Assembly: GCA_963815215.1 (NCBI GenBank)
Contig: CAWFFU010000008.1
Location: forward strand, 224,358 to 288,357
DNA: 64,000 bases
Direction of reading: 5' to 3'
Origin: an uncultured Trueperaceae bacterium
GTDB taxonomy: Bacteria; Deinococcota; Deinococci; Deinococcales; Trueperaceae
Positions 9,230 through 18,345 of this stretch are shown here, piece by piece; within the stretch, counting starts at the first letter, position 1, and the number at the start of each line of letters is the position of its first letter. The notes under the pieces are model-generated. The model did not search any database. It was not told the DNA's origin and saw only the letters and a program-made list of their open reading frames with translations. Both the position numbers and the translations under genes were made by a program.

Positions 9230-9874
9230 TCACGACGCGAGCCCTGACGCCGCGCCTCCGATGGCGTCACCGAAGGCCTCGGCAGCGACCACCCGCGCCA
9301 GCTCCGGACGTGGCGTCAGCGCGCTCAAGAACGCCTCGTCGGCGCGATCCGTACCGACCGCGATCACCCGGATCCCGGCCGCACGCACGGCTGCTGCGGC
9401 GTCCAGCGCGGCCTCGCGGCTGTCGGGCATACCGTCGGTGATCAGCAGGACGACGCGGCGGCCGCTGCGCAGTCGCAACCGGCCCGCCGCCAGCCGCAGC
9501 GCGAGGGCCATCGCGGTACCCCCGTTCGGCATCAGCCGGCTGATGCTCTGCTGGAAGCGGTACGGGTCTCGCGTGGCACCGGTGAGCACCCTTGCCTTCG
9601 AACCGAAACCGATGACGCCGACCGCGTAGTTCCGGCGCCAGGCCTCGTAGAAGAAGCGGATCGAGCCCTTCAGGAGCTGTTGCATCTTGCCGGGGTCGGC
9701 CATGCTGGCCGACAGGTCGAGGCACAGGTAGACGGTGCCGGTCAGGCGCGCCCGTCGGCCGACCAGCGCATCGACCGCCCGCCGCGCCGGCGACGCCTGC
9801 GCGCCGCCGCCCTCGGGACGCCCGGCCCGGAGCCTGGCCAGGCGCCCGGCCCGCCTCGATCGATCGTCCGCCAT
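9230..9874 (-). CDS. Stand-alone von Willebrand factor A (VWA) domain protein
   Basis: MIDAS motif complete: DLSASM, GGTAM, LITDG. TAGAGT lies 5 nt before the ATG. Confidence 0.9.
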   Translation of the reverse strand: MADDRSRRAGRLARLRAGRPEGGGAQASPARRAVDALVGRRARLTGTVYLCLDLSASMADPGKMQQLLKGSIRFFYEAWRRNYAVGVIGFGSKARVLTGATRDPYRFQQSISRLMPNGGTAMALALRLAAGRLRLRSGRRVVLLITDGMPDSREAALDAAAAVRAAGIRVIAVGTDRADEAFLSALTPRPELARVVAAEAFGDAIGGAASGLAS

Positions 9875-9927
9875 GGCCCACTCTAGCGCCGCCCGGCACG
9901 CCCTCGGGCGCGGGCGTATGCTCTTGT

Positions 9928-10836
9928 GTGATGATCCTCGACACCCCTACCGGACGCCTGCACGGCACCCTGGAGCTGCCCGGTGGGACGGGGCCCTTCC
10001 CGGTCGCGCTCATCATCGCGGGCTCCGGTCCCACCGACCGGGACGGCAACACCGCCCTCCTCCCAGGTCGCAACGACGCCTTGAAGCTCGTGGCCGAGGC
10101 GCTGGCCGGAGCCGGCGTGGCGTCCCTGCGCTACGACAAGCGCGGCATCGGCGAGAGCCGCGACGCCGGCCTCGACGAGGCCGCTGGGACCTTCGACCTG
10201 ATGGTGGAAGACGCCGTACGCTGGTTGCGCCAGCTCGACGACGACGCGCGGTTCGCGCAGACCCTGGTCGTCGGCCACAGCGAGGGATCGCTGGTCGGGA
10301 TGCTCGCTTCGGGCAGGGCCGGAGTCTCCGCCTTCGTGTCGCTGGAGGGTGCGGGGCGCCCGGCGCCCGAGGTGCTGCGCTCGCAGCTCCGGGCTCAACT
10401 CCCGGCCGAGCTGATGGATGAGGTCGACGCCGTGGTGCGCGAGTTGGAGGCCGGGCGAACGGTGGAGACGCTGCCACCCGGCATCGCAGCCGTGCCCCAG
10501 ATCGGGCAGGCGCTGTTCCGGCAGAGCGTGCAGCCCTACCTGGTGAGCTGGTTCCGGCACGACCCGGCGCGCGACCTGGCAGCGCTCGACATCCCGACCC
10601 TGGTGGTGCAGGGCACGACCGATCTGCAGGTACCGGTGGAGGACGGCGAGCGCCTGGCCGCGGCGGGGAAACGCACCACGCTGGCACGCATCGAAGGGAT
10701 GAACCACGTGCTCAAGGTCGCACCCGCCGAGCGGGAAGCCAACCTGGCGGCCTACTCCGATCCGGCGTTGCCGTTGGCGCCGGGGCTGGTGGAGGCGCTG
10801 CGCAGCTTCCTGAAGGCGGCGGGCCTCACTGCCTGA
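9928..10836 (+). CDS. Alpha/beta hydrolase (serine aminopeptidase S33-like)
   Basis: Motifs GSGPTDRDGN, RYDKRG, GHSEG nucleophile, QGTTDLQV and GMNH. Confidence 0.92.
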   Translation: MMILDTPTGRLHGTLELPGGTGPFPVALIIAGSGPTDRDGNTALLPGRNDALKLVAEALAGAGVASLRYDKRGIGESRDAGLDEAAGTFDLMVEDAVRWLRQLDDDARFAQTLVVGHSEGSLVGMLASGRAGVSAFVSLEGAGRPAPEVLRSQLRAQLPAELMDEVDAVVRELEAGRTVETLPPGIAAVPQIGQALFRQSVQPYLVSWFRHDPARDLAALDIPTLVVQGTTDLQVPVEDGERLAAAGKRTTLARIEGMNHVLKVAPAEREANLAAYSDPALPLAPGLVEALRSFLKAAGLTA

Positions 10837-10860
10837 ACTCGCCCGGAGCGCAGAGCGCCT

Positions 10861-11307
10861 TCAGGCGTCGTCGTCGCGATCTCCGCGACGCACGAACAGC
10901 ATCAGGCCCAGAAAGATCAGCAGCAACGGGCCCATGACATTCCAGGACAACCCGAACAGGAACACGGCGGACACCAGCAGCAGAACCACGCCGGGGATGA
11001 CCTGGCGCGACACCTCGCGGTCCACGCTGCCGCTCGCCTGATAGGCCTGGTAGGCGCGGTAGAGGAACGCCGCGGCAGGGATCAGGAGGAAGGCGACCCA
11101 CCAGTTCTGGAACGCCACGCCGAAGCTGTCGCGTAGCAACAAGAGGCCACCGACCACGACCAGCAGCAGACCCAGGGCATAGCGGTCGCGAGGCTTGCGG
11201 TTCGCGCGGCGTTCGCGACGACCGGACCGGTCCGACGACGATTCGGAGGAAGGGTTGACTTTCACGGCGGCCTCGACCCGGGCGGGCCGGACGTGCGCCC
11301 GCCTCAC
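10861..11307 (-). CDS. Small 4-TM membrane protein (LiaF/LiaI TM-like)
   Basis: GLLLVVVGGLLLL...NWWVAFLLIP...WNVMGPLLLIFLG. Start uncertain (alternative GTG at 11265). Confidence 0.7.
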   Translation of the reverse strand: MRRAHVRPARVEAAVKVNPSSESSSDRSGRRERRANRKPRDRYALGLLLVVVGGLLLLRDSFGVAFQNWWVAFLLIPAAAFLYRAYQAYQASGSVDREVSRQVIPGVVLLLVSAVFLFGLSWNVMGPLLLIFLGLMLFVRRGDRDDDA

Positions 11308-11334
11308 GCAGACTCTACAGCCACGCTGGCCAGC

Positions 11335-12126
11335 TCAGCCGCGCAGATGCACCAGCCACCCGATGAGCGACGAACCCGACACCAGTTGGACGCCCGTCAC
11401 GGTGAGCAGCACGTAGATCGCGAGCGTGAAGCCGCGCTCCTGGACGGTGCGGTTGAGCCACACGCCGAGCGCCGCGCCGGCGAACGCCAGCGGCAACAAC
11501 AGCACGGCGACCAGCAGGTTGTCGACGCTCAGCAACCCGAGCCAGGCGTAGGGAACCAGCTTCACGACGTTGACGATGAAGAAGAACCACGCAGCGGTGC
11601 CCACGAACAGATCGCGTCGCAACCCGCGCGGCAGCAGGTAGACCGCCACAGGCGGCCCGCCGACATGCGCCAACGTCGACGTGAACCCCGCCAGGCCCCC
11701 CAGCACGCCGCCCCAGAGCCGGGACGGCGGCCGCCCCTGCAGGGCTCGCAGCACGCGCACCCGCACCACCTGCCAGGCCACGAAGGCCAGCGCCAGCACT
11801 CCGATGCCCACCTCCAACGCGCGCCCGTGCGGGGCCAGCAGATCGAAGGTGAGCGCACCCAGGACGATCCCCACCAGCGCGCTCGGCAACAGCAGCTTCA
11901 GGTCCCCGAGGCTGGCGCTGCGGCGGTAGTGCCAGACCGCGAAGACGTCCGCACCGATGAGCACCGGGAGCAGCAGCGCGGCCGCTTGCGGCACGGGCAG
12001 CGTCAGGGCCACCAAGGGGGTGGCGATGACGCCCGAGCCGGCTCCGAAGCCCGCCTTGGCGACGCCGACCAGCAGGGCCGCCGCCGCTGCTGCCGCCAGC
12101 GCTTCGGGCGGCAGGCCGAGCATCAC
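11335..12126 (-). CDS. Sulfite exporter TauE/SafE family protein
   Basis: Motifs GVAKAGFGAG, AAALLLPVLIGAD, GFTSTLAHVGGPP and NVVKLVPY. Confidence 0.92.
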   Translation of the reverse strand: MMLGLPPEALAAAAAAALLVGVAKAGFGAGSGVIATPLVALTLPVPQAAALLLPVLIGADVFAVWHYRRSASLGDLKLLLPSALVGIVLGALTFDLLAPHGRALEVGIGVLALAFVAWQVVRVRVLRALQGRPPSRLWGGVLGGLAGFTSTLAHVGGPPVAVYLLPRGLRRDLFVGTAAWFFFIVNVVKLVPYAWLGLLSVDNLLVAVLLLPLAFAGAALGVWLNRTVQERGFTLAIYVLLTVTGVQLVSGSSLIGWLVHLRG

Positions 12127-12165
12127 GCCCGCCGCCGACGCACGTGCCTGTCCGGCGCGAACGAC

Positions 12166-13650
12166 TCAGGCGACACGGGACAGGAACGTCGGGCGCCGGC
12201 GCGCCTGCGTCGCGCGTTCGAAGGCGTGCGCGAATCCGATGAGGCGGCCCTCGGCGTAAGCGCCGGCGAAGAAGGAGAGCCCGACAGGGAGCCCGTGCAC
12301 GTGACCGGCGGGGACCGTCACGTGCGGGTAGCCCGCCATCGCCGCAGGCGTGGCGCAGCCGCCGAGCCGCTTGTCGCCGTCGATGGGATCGATGGCCCAT
12401 GCCGGCACCATGGTAGGCGCCACCAGGGCGTCCAGCCGGTGCTCGGTGAGGGCGCGGTCGATGCCCTCGTCACGCGCCAGGCGGTGGCAGGTCTCGCGCA
12501 CCTCGCGGTAGCGCGCTTCGTTGACGACACCGTCGGTGAGCGCCCGCTCGAGCAGCTGCTGCCCGAAGTAGGGCAGCACGGAATCGGCATGCAGCCGGTT
12601 GAAGGCCACCACCTCCTCCAGACTCCGGACCTTCGCGCGCGGGTGGTCGGCCAGGTAGGCGTCCACGCCGGCCTTGATCTCGATCAGCATCAGCTCGAGC
12701 TCGGGCGCCTCGTTCATGCGCTCGCGGCCCAGCTCGACCGGGTCGATGATCTCGGCGCCCAGCGCGCGCAAGGCGCCGAGCGCCGCCTCCACGACGGCGT
12801 CGGCGCCCTCGTGCCGGCCGAAGCAGTCGCGCGCCACGCCCAGACGGGCCCCCTCGAGCGCGCGGGCATCGAGGAACTGCAGGTAGTCCAGTGTCGGCGC
12901 CTGCGCTGTGGCCTCATCGCGCGGGTCGGGACCGGCGAGGACCGTGAGCAGGGCGGCGGCGTCGGCGACACTACGTGCCATTGGTCCGGCCGTGTCCTGC
13001 GAGGTGGCGACCGGGATGATGCCGGCACGGCTCACCAGCCCGACGGTGGGCTTGATGCCGACCACGCCGTTGGCCGAGGAGGGGCTCACGATGGAGCCGT
13101 CGGTCTCGGTGCCGATGGCGCCGGCGCACAGGCCGGCTGCGACCGCCACCCCCGAGCCGGAGCTCGAGCCACTCGGCGTGCGATCGAGCGAATAGGGGTT
13201 GCGTGTCTGCCCGCCACGGCTGCTCCAGCCGCTGCACCCGCGCGTCGAGCGGAAGTAGGCCCACTCGCTCAAGTTCGTCTTGCCCAGCAACACGGCGCCG
13301 GCGGCGCGCAGGCGCTCGACCACGCCGGCATCGCGCGGCGCGACGTTACCCGCCAGCGCCAGCGAGCCGGCCGTGGTCTGCATGCGGTCGCCGGTGTCGA
13401 TGTTGTCCTTGACCATCACAGGGATGCCGTGCAGCGGCCCGCGCGGCCCGCGCTCGCGGCGTTCGCTGTCGAGCTCGGCGGCCGCCAGCAGGGCGTCCGG
13501 GTTGATCTCGATGACGGCGTTCAACGTCGGCCCGCCGGCGTCGATCGCAGCGATGCGCTCCAGGTACCCGCGTGTGATCTCCAACGCGGTGGTCTCCCCC
13601 GAGGTCATGGCGGCCTGCAGCTCCGCGATCCCCATCTCGTGACCGTTCAT
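12166..13650 (-). CDS. Amidase-signature family amidase
   Basis: Ser-cisSer-Lys motifs GPLHGIPVMVKDNI, GSSSGS and GTETDGSI. RBS GGAGGAG. Confidence 0.95.
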   Translation of the reverse strand: MNGHEMGIAELQAAMTSGETTALEITRGYLERIAAIDAGGPTLNAVIEINPDALLAAAELDSERRERGPRGPLHGIPVMVKDNIDTGDRMQTTAGSLALAGNVAPRDAGVVERLRAAGAVLLGKTNLSEWAYFRSTRGCSGWSSRGGQTRNPYSLDRTPSGSSSGSGVAVAAGLCAGAIGTETDGSIVSPSSANGVVGIKPTVGLVSRAGIIPVATSQDTAGPMARSVADAAALLTVLAGPDPRDEATAQAPTLDYLQFLDARALEGARLGVARDCFGRHEGADAVVEAALGALRALGAEIIDPVELGRERMNEAPELELMLIEIKAGVDAYLADHPRAKVRSLEEVVAFNRLHADSVLPYFGQQLLERALTDGVVNEARYREVRETCHRLARDEGIDRALTEHRLDALVAPTMVPAWAIDPIDGDKRLGGCATPAAMAGYPHVTVPAGHVHGLPVGLSFFAGAYAEGRLIGFAHAFERATQARRRPTFLSRVA

Positions 13651-13806
13651 GGTCGTCTCCTCCGCCTCGGCGCCCCCACCGCGATGCCGTCGGCATCCGT
13701 TCAGTGTATGCAAGCGTACCCCGGCGCCCGGCTCCGAAGCGGCCTGCGCGCCGAGCGTTTCCGGCGAGAGTGCGCAGCGGGCGCCGCGGTGAGCGATACT
13801 GGATGC

Positions 13807-15462
13807 GTGACCCCCGACGCCGACGTCATCGTGGTCGGAGCAGGACTGGCCGGCCTCGTCGCCACCGCCGAGGCGGCCGACGCCGGCCTGCGCGTGACGT
13901 TGCTCGACCAGGAGTCGCGGGCCAACCTGGGCGGACAGGCCTTCTGGTCGTTCGGCGGTCTGTTCCTGGTGGACACGCCGGAGCAGCGCCGGCTCGGCAT
14001 CCGCGACAACCACGAGCTCGCCTGGCGCGACTGGCTCGCCACGGCCGCCTTCGATCGCGAGGACGACCGCTGGCCCCGGCGGTGGGCCGAGGCGTACGTC
14101 GCCTTCGCGGCCGGAGAGAAGCGCGCCTGGCTGCGCGAGCACGGCCTACGTTTCTTCCCCGTCGTGGGCTGGGCCGAGCGCGGCGTGGGGCACGCCCAGG
14201 GCGCGGGCAACACCGTCCCCCGCTTCCACATCGCGTGGGGCACCGGTCCCGCCATCGTCGAGGCGTTCGCGCGCCGAGTGCGCGAGCACGAGCGCGCCGG
14301 GCGCGTCCGGCTACGATTCCGCCACCGAGTTCGCGAGCTCGTCGTCGAGGGCGGCGCCGTGACCGGCGTGGCCGGCGAGGCGCTCGCCGACGACCCGTCC
14401 GAACGCGGCCGGCCGACCTCGCGGGAGCCGGTCGGCACCTTCAGGCTCGGAGCGCCGGCGGTCGTGGTGGCCTCGGGCGGCATCGGTGGCGACCACGAGC
14501 GGGTGCGCCGCAGCTGGCCGGGCGACCGCCTCGGGCCGCCGCCCGACGCCATGCTCACGGGCGTGCCCGCCCACGTGGACGGGCAGCTGCAAGCGGCGAG
14601 CGCCGCGGCAGGCGGGCGGCTGATCCACACCGATCGCATGTGGCACTACACCGAAGGCGTGCGGAACTTCGCGCCGATCTGGCCGGGCCACGGCATCCGC
14701 ATCCTGCCGGGCCCGAGCAGTCTGTGGCTCGATCCCGACGGCCGCCGTCTGCCTCCCCCGTTCCTGCCGGGCTTCACGACCCTCGACACGCTGGGACACA
14801 TCGGACGCGGCCGCTTCCCGCACACCTGGTTCGTGCTGGACCGTCGCGTCCTGCGACGGGAGTTCGCGCTCTCGGGCAGTGAGCAGAACCCCGACCTCAC
14901 CGGCAAGAGCCTCGCCGGCGTGGTGCGCGGCAGGCTCGCGGGCCTGCAGCCGCCGCTGCGGGCGTTCCTGGAGCGCGGCGAGGACTTCCTCACGGACGCC
15001 ACCCTGGAGGGCCTGGTGCGGAAGATGAACGCGCTCATCGGTGACGAGCGCCTCGATCCGGCCCTGGTGGCCGACGCGGTGGCCGCCCGCGACGAGCAGG
15101 TGGTGAGCGGCTTCGGCAAGGACTTCCAGGCGATGGCCATCCGCAACGCCAGGCGGTCGCTAGGCGACCGTCTGGTACGCGTGGCGCGCCCGCACCGCCT
15201 GCTGGATCCGGCGGCCGGGCCGCTGGTGGCGGTGAGGCTGCGGGTGCTCACGCGCAAGACGCTGGGTGGGCTCGAGACCGACCTGCAGGGACGCGTGCTG
15301 ACAGAAGACGGCCAGCCGCTGCCGGGCCTGTACGCGGCCGGCGAGGTGGCCGGCTTCGGGGGCGGCGGCATGCACGGCTACCGCTCGCTGGAGGGGACCT
15401 TCCTCGGCGGCTGCCTGTTCAGTGGCCGCACGGTGGGGCGCGCCCTGGGGAACGCCGGCTGA
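13807..15462 (+). CDS. FAD-binding dehydrogenase (FAD_binding_2, KsdD-like uncharacterised subfamily)
   Basis: C-terminal 551 aa of ORF 11293..15462. Motifs VIVVGAGLAG, GGQAFWSFGG, RFHIAWGTG and GYRSLEGTFLGGC. Confidence 0.93.
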   Translation: MTPDADVIVVGAGLAGLVATAEAADAGLRVTLLDQESRANLGGQAFWSFGGLFLVDTPEQRRLGIRDNHELAWRDWLATAAFDREDDRWPRRWAEAYVAFAAGEKRAWLREHGLRFFPVVGWAERGVGHAQGAGNTVPRFHIAWGTGPAIVEAFARRVREHERAGRVRLRFRHRVRELVVEGGAVTGVAGEALADDPSERGRPTSREPVGTFRLGAPAVVVASGGIGGDHERVRRSWPGDRLGPPPDAMLTGVPAHVDGQLQAASAAAGGRLIHTDRMWHYTEGVRNFAPIWPGHGIRILPGPSSLWLDPDGRRLPPPFLPGFTTLDTLGHIGRGRFPHTWFVLDRRVLRREFALSGSEQNPDLTGKSLAGVVRGRLAGLQPPLRAFLERGEDFLTDATLEGLVRKMNALIGDERLDPALVADAVAARDEQVVSGFGKDFQAMAIRNARRSLGDRLVRVARPHRLLDPAAGPLVAVRLRVLTRKTLGGLETDLQGRVLTEDGQPLPGLYAAGEVAGFGGGGMHGYRSLEGTFLGGCLFSGRTVGRALGNAG

Positions 15463-15508
15463 AGGCGCAGCGAGCTCCCGCGCCCACCATCTGCGCGTCC
15501 CGCCGTGC

Positions 15509-16222
15509 CTAGCTGCTTCGCGCGAGCAGGTGGCGCAGGTCGCGGGCGATGTGATGGGGGTGGCTCGCCAGGTCGTCGCCGCCATAGATGAGCGTCAAGC
15601 GCCGCTGTGGGTCCAGCACGTAGACCGATGCCGTGTGGCGCATGAAGTAGGCGTCCGGGCCGGTCTGATCGGTCTTCTGGTAGCTCACGAAGTACTGCTT
15701 CGCCACGGCCGCGATGGCGTCGGGCGTGCCGGTCAGGCCGTGGAACGTCGGCGAGAAGGCGTGCGCGTAGGTCGCCATCACCTGAGGCGTGTCGCGCTCC
15801 GGATCCACCGAGATCATGGCCACCGCCACCCGCTCCCGGTCCGCCGCCGGCAAGGAGGCGGTGATCGTCGCGAGCTGCATCATCTCGGTCGGGCACACGT
15901 CGGGACAGTGGGTGTAGCCGAAGAACAGCACCACCACCTTGCCGTCCCAGTCCGACAGGTGAACGGGCCCGGACGCGCTCAGGAGCGTGAAGTCCGTGGC
16001 CACCGTGGGGTTGGAGAGCGGCTCGCTGAGGTAGCTGTAGGGAGCCGGGCGCAGCACGTTCCACAGCACGAGGGCGGCGACCACCAGCAGGAACGCTCCG
16101 GCCAGGAGCCATAGCGGCCGGGCCAGCGCCAGCGTAGGTGGCCGGCTCGGCGGCGCGCTCGGCGGCCGTTGCGGCGGCGTCGCCCCGCCCGACGCTCCAC
16201 CGGGATCATCGCGACCGGCCAT
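15509..16222 (-). CDS. SCO1/SenC copper chaperone
   Basis: N-terminal TM, FFGYTHCPDVCP (CxxxC), ISVDPERD and a distal His (MRHTA). Confidence 0.95.
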   Translation of the reverse strand: MAGRDDPGGASGGATPPQRPPSAPPSRPPTLALARPLWLLAGAFLLVVAALVLWNVLRPAPYSYLSEPLSNPTVATDFTLLSASGPVHLSDWDGKVVVLFFGYTHCPDVCPTEMMQLATITASLPAADRERVAVAMISVDPERDTPQVMATYAHAFSPTFHGLTGTPDAIAAVAKQYFVSYQKTDQTGPDAYFMRHTASVYVLDPQRRLTLIYGGDDLASHPHHIARDLRHLLARSS

Positions 16223-16240
16223 GATCCCCCTCCATCCTCC

Positions 16241-16708
16241 TCACTTGCGCACGACCGGCACGTTCACCGTGAGCGGCGGTGCGCCCTCGAAGCGGAGCGT
16301 GAGCTCGGCCGCGGTTCCTTCGATCAGCGGGCTCTTCAACCCCATCACCATCAGGTGGTCACCGCCGGGCTCCAGCCTGAGCCGACCGTGCGCCGGCACG
16401 ATCAGCGCCTCCACGGGCACCATCGACACGACCGGGCCCGACGGTGACCCCGTGTCCTCCTTGCGCGTCGTCATCGGCATGCACGTCGCGGCCACGGCCG
16501 TCGTGCCGCCCACCAGACGCACGTCCTCGTTCGTGGCGTTCACGAGCACGCCGTACAGCGCTGTGTTGGGCACCGGTGCCGGGATCCAGCGCAACCACGC
16601 GTCCTGCAGCTCCAACGCAGGCGGCGCTGCCAGCGTCGCCGACAGGGCCATCAGAGCCCACAACCAAGCCAGGCCGCGTGCTGCCACGGCCCTCAACGGA
16701 TGTCTCAT
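16241..16708 (-). CDS. PCu(A)C periplasmic copper chaperone
   Basis: Signal peptide, AW.R and LEPGGDHLMVMGL. Adjacent to Sco. Confidence 0.92.
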   Translation of the reverse strand: MRHPLRAVAARGLAWLWALMALSATLAAPPALELQDAWLRWIPAPVPNTALYGVLVNATNEDVRLVGGTTAVAATCMPMTTRKEDTGSPSGPVVSMVPVEALIVPAHGRLRLEPGGDHLMVMGLKSPLIEGTAAELTLRFEGAPPLTVNVPVVRK

Positions 16709-16784
16709 CGCCGCAGTCTACCGCCCGCCTGGCAGAGTGGCCCACCTCATGCGCGCCCGCCGGCCAGCGCCGTAGCATCGCACC

Positions 16785-17297
16785 ATGCGCCGAGCCCGCG
16801 CGCTCCTGAGGCGTCCCGTGCTGTCGAATACGCTCCTGGTGGGCGCGCTCCTGGTGGGCGCGCTCCTGCTGCTGACGGGTTGCGGCGCGGTCGTGGCGCC
16901 GGCCGAGTCTGCTACGTTGCTGAGCCTGGTCAACCAAGCGCGCGGGACCCCGCGCTCGTGCGGCACCACGCCGTACGCGGCAGCCCCGGCGCTCTCCCTC
17001 GACGCACGCCTGACGCGGGCTGCGCAGCTCCACAGCCAGGACATGCAGCACAGCGGGAGCATGAGCCACACCGGCTCGGACGGCAGCACGGTGGGCGAAC
17101 GCGCCGCCGCCCAGGGGTACGTCTGGACGCGCATCGGTGAGGACATCGCGTGGGGGTTCTCCACGCCGGAGTCGGTGATCCAGGCATGGCTCGCCAGCCC
17201 GGGCCACTGCGCCAACATCATGGACCCGAAGTTCCGGGATCTCGGTACCGGAGCCGCCGGAACGTACTGGACGCTCGATTTCGGGACGCCGCGTTGA
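16785..17297 (+). CDS. CAP/SCP domain lipoprotein
   Basis: Lipobox LTGC. Motifs AAQLHSQDM, SHTGSDGS, GEDIA and WLASPGHCANI. Confidence 0.93.
   Translation: MRRARALLRRPVLSNTLLVGALLVGALLLLTGCGAVVAPAESATLLSLVNQARGTPRSCGTTPYAAAPALSLDARLTRAAQLHSQDMQHSGSMSHTGSDGSTVGERAAAQGYVWTRIGEDIAWGFSTPESVIQAWLASPGHCANIMDPKFRDLGTGAAGTYWTLDFGTPR
16832..16868 (+). repeat. 15-bp tandem repeat (GCTCCTGGTGGGCGC x about 2.5) in the CAP signal peptide
   Basis: Seen directly; encodes LLVGA-LLVGA-LL. Confidence 0.8.
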
Positions 17298-17361
17298 GGC
17301 CCCAAGGACACGCTAGGACCGCTGAGCGCGCAGAACGCCTCCCGTCCTCGTAGCATGCGTC

Positions 17362-18093
17362 ATGAACGCCTCCCCCTCTTCGCCCACGGCGCTCTGCCCC
17401 GTATGCGGGCGCACCCTTCCCTCGAGCGAGCTCGTTCCCGCCGCCCTGATTCGCGGCGGCGTGCGCGAGGCGATCGTTCGCGACCATCCTAGTTGGACGG
17501 GTGACGACGTGATCTGTCGCGATGACCTCGATCACTACCGGGCCGAGTACGTCCGAACCGTGCTGGAGGCCGACCGCGGCGACCTCGACCGTCTCGAGCG
17601 TCAGGTCGTCGAGGCGTTCCGCGACCAGGACCTGCTGAGCGAGAACATCAACGAGACGTTCGACCAGGAGCGAGGGGGAGGGCAACGACTGGCCGACGGC
17701 ATCGCGACCTTCGGCGGCTCGTGGTCCTTCATCCTGGGCTTCCTGGTCGTCCTGGCGCTGTGGGTGGCGGTCAACGCCAGCCAGCTCCTACGCCACCCCT
17801 TCGATCCCTACCCGTTCATCCTCCTGAACCTTGTGCTGTCCTGTCTCGCCGCCATCCAGGCCCCAGTCATCCTGATGAGCCAGAACCGGCAGGAGGCCAA
17901 GGACCGGATGCGCGCCGAGTACGACTTCCGCACCAACCTGAAAGCGGAGCTGGAAGTGCGGCTGCTGCACGAGAAGCTCGACCACCTGCTACAGCACGCC
18001 TGGCAACGGCTGCTCGAGATCCAGCAGCTCCAGCTCGACCAGATCGCGGAGCTCAATCGGCGACCGGACCCGCCGGCGTCCGGGGCGGCCTGA
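17362..18093 (+). CDS. DUF1003 domain membrane protein
   Basis: Motifs FGGSWSFI, FDPYPFILLNLVLS, AAIQAPVILMSQNRQ and NLKAELE. N-terminal CPVC. Confidence 0.93.
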   Translation: MNASPSSPTALCPVCGRTLPSSELVPAALIRGGVREAIVRDHPSWTGDDVICRDDLDHYRAEYVRTVLEADRGDLDRLERQVVEAFRDQDLLSENINETFDQERGGGQRLADGIATFGGSWSFILGFLVVLALWVAVNASQLLRHPFDPYPFILLNLVLSCLAAIQAPVILMSQNRQEAKDRMRAEYDFRTNLKAELEVRLLHEKLDHLLQHAWQRLLEIQQLQLDQIAELNRRPDPPASGAA

Positions 18094-18162
18094 ACGCACC
18101 GGTAGGCGGCGCCATGAGGCGTCACGAAGATGGTCCGCAGGTTGGTCGATCAGGAGGTCCAC

Positions 18163-18276
18163 ATGGCACGCCCCACCCCCGACTTCAGGCCACGGCTTCC
18201 GTCGAGGACGGCAACCCCTCGGAGGTTGGCGCGACCGGCGAAGCAACCGCACACACACCTCCTGCGGCTGCGGTAG
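18163..18276 (+). CDS. Possible 37-aa Arg/Pro-rich small ORF
   Basis: Perfect SD (AGGAGGT) before the ATG; MARPTPDFRPRLPSRTATPRRLARPAKQPHTHLLRLR. No family recognised. Confidence 0.3.
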   Translation: MARPTPDFRPRLPSRTATPRRLARPAKQPHTHLLRLR

Positions 18277-18345
18277 CGTGGCGTCACGGCGTCATGGGCA
18301 CGGGCGCGCGCCGCGCCCACACGCACGAGCAGCCGGAGGATCGCG

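Noticed and set aside
11293..15462. 1389-aa ORF suggesting a giant fusion protein
   Set aside because: The first 838 or so codons are antisense to the TauE and amidase genes. The real gene starts at GTG 13807.
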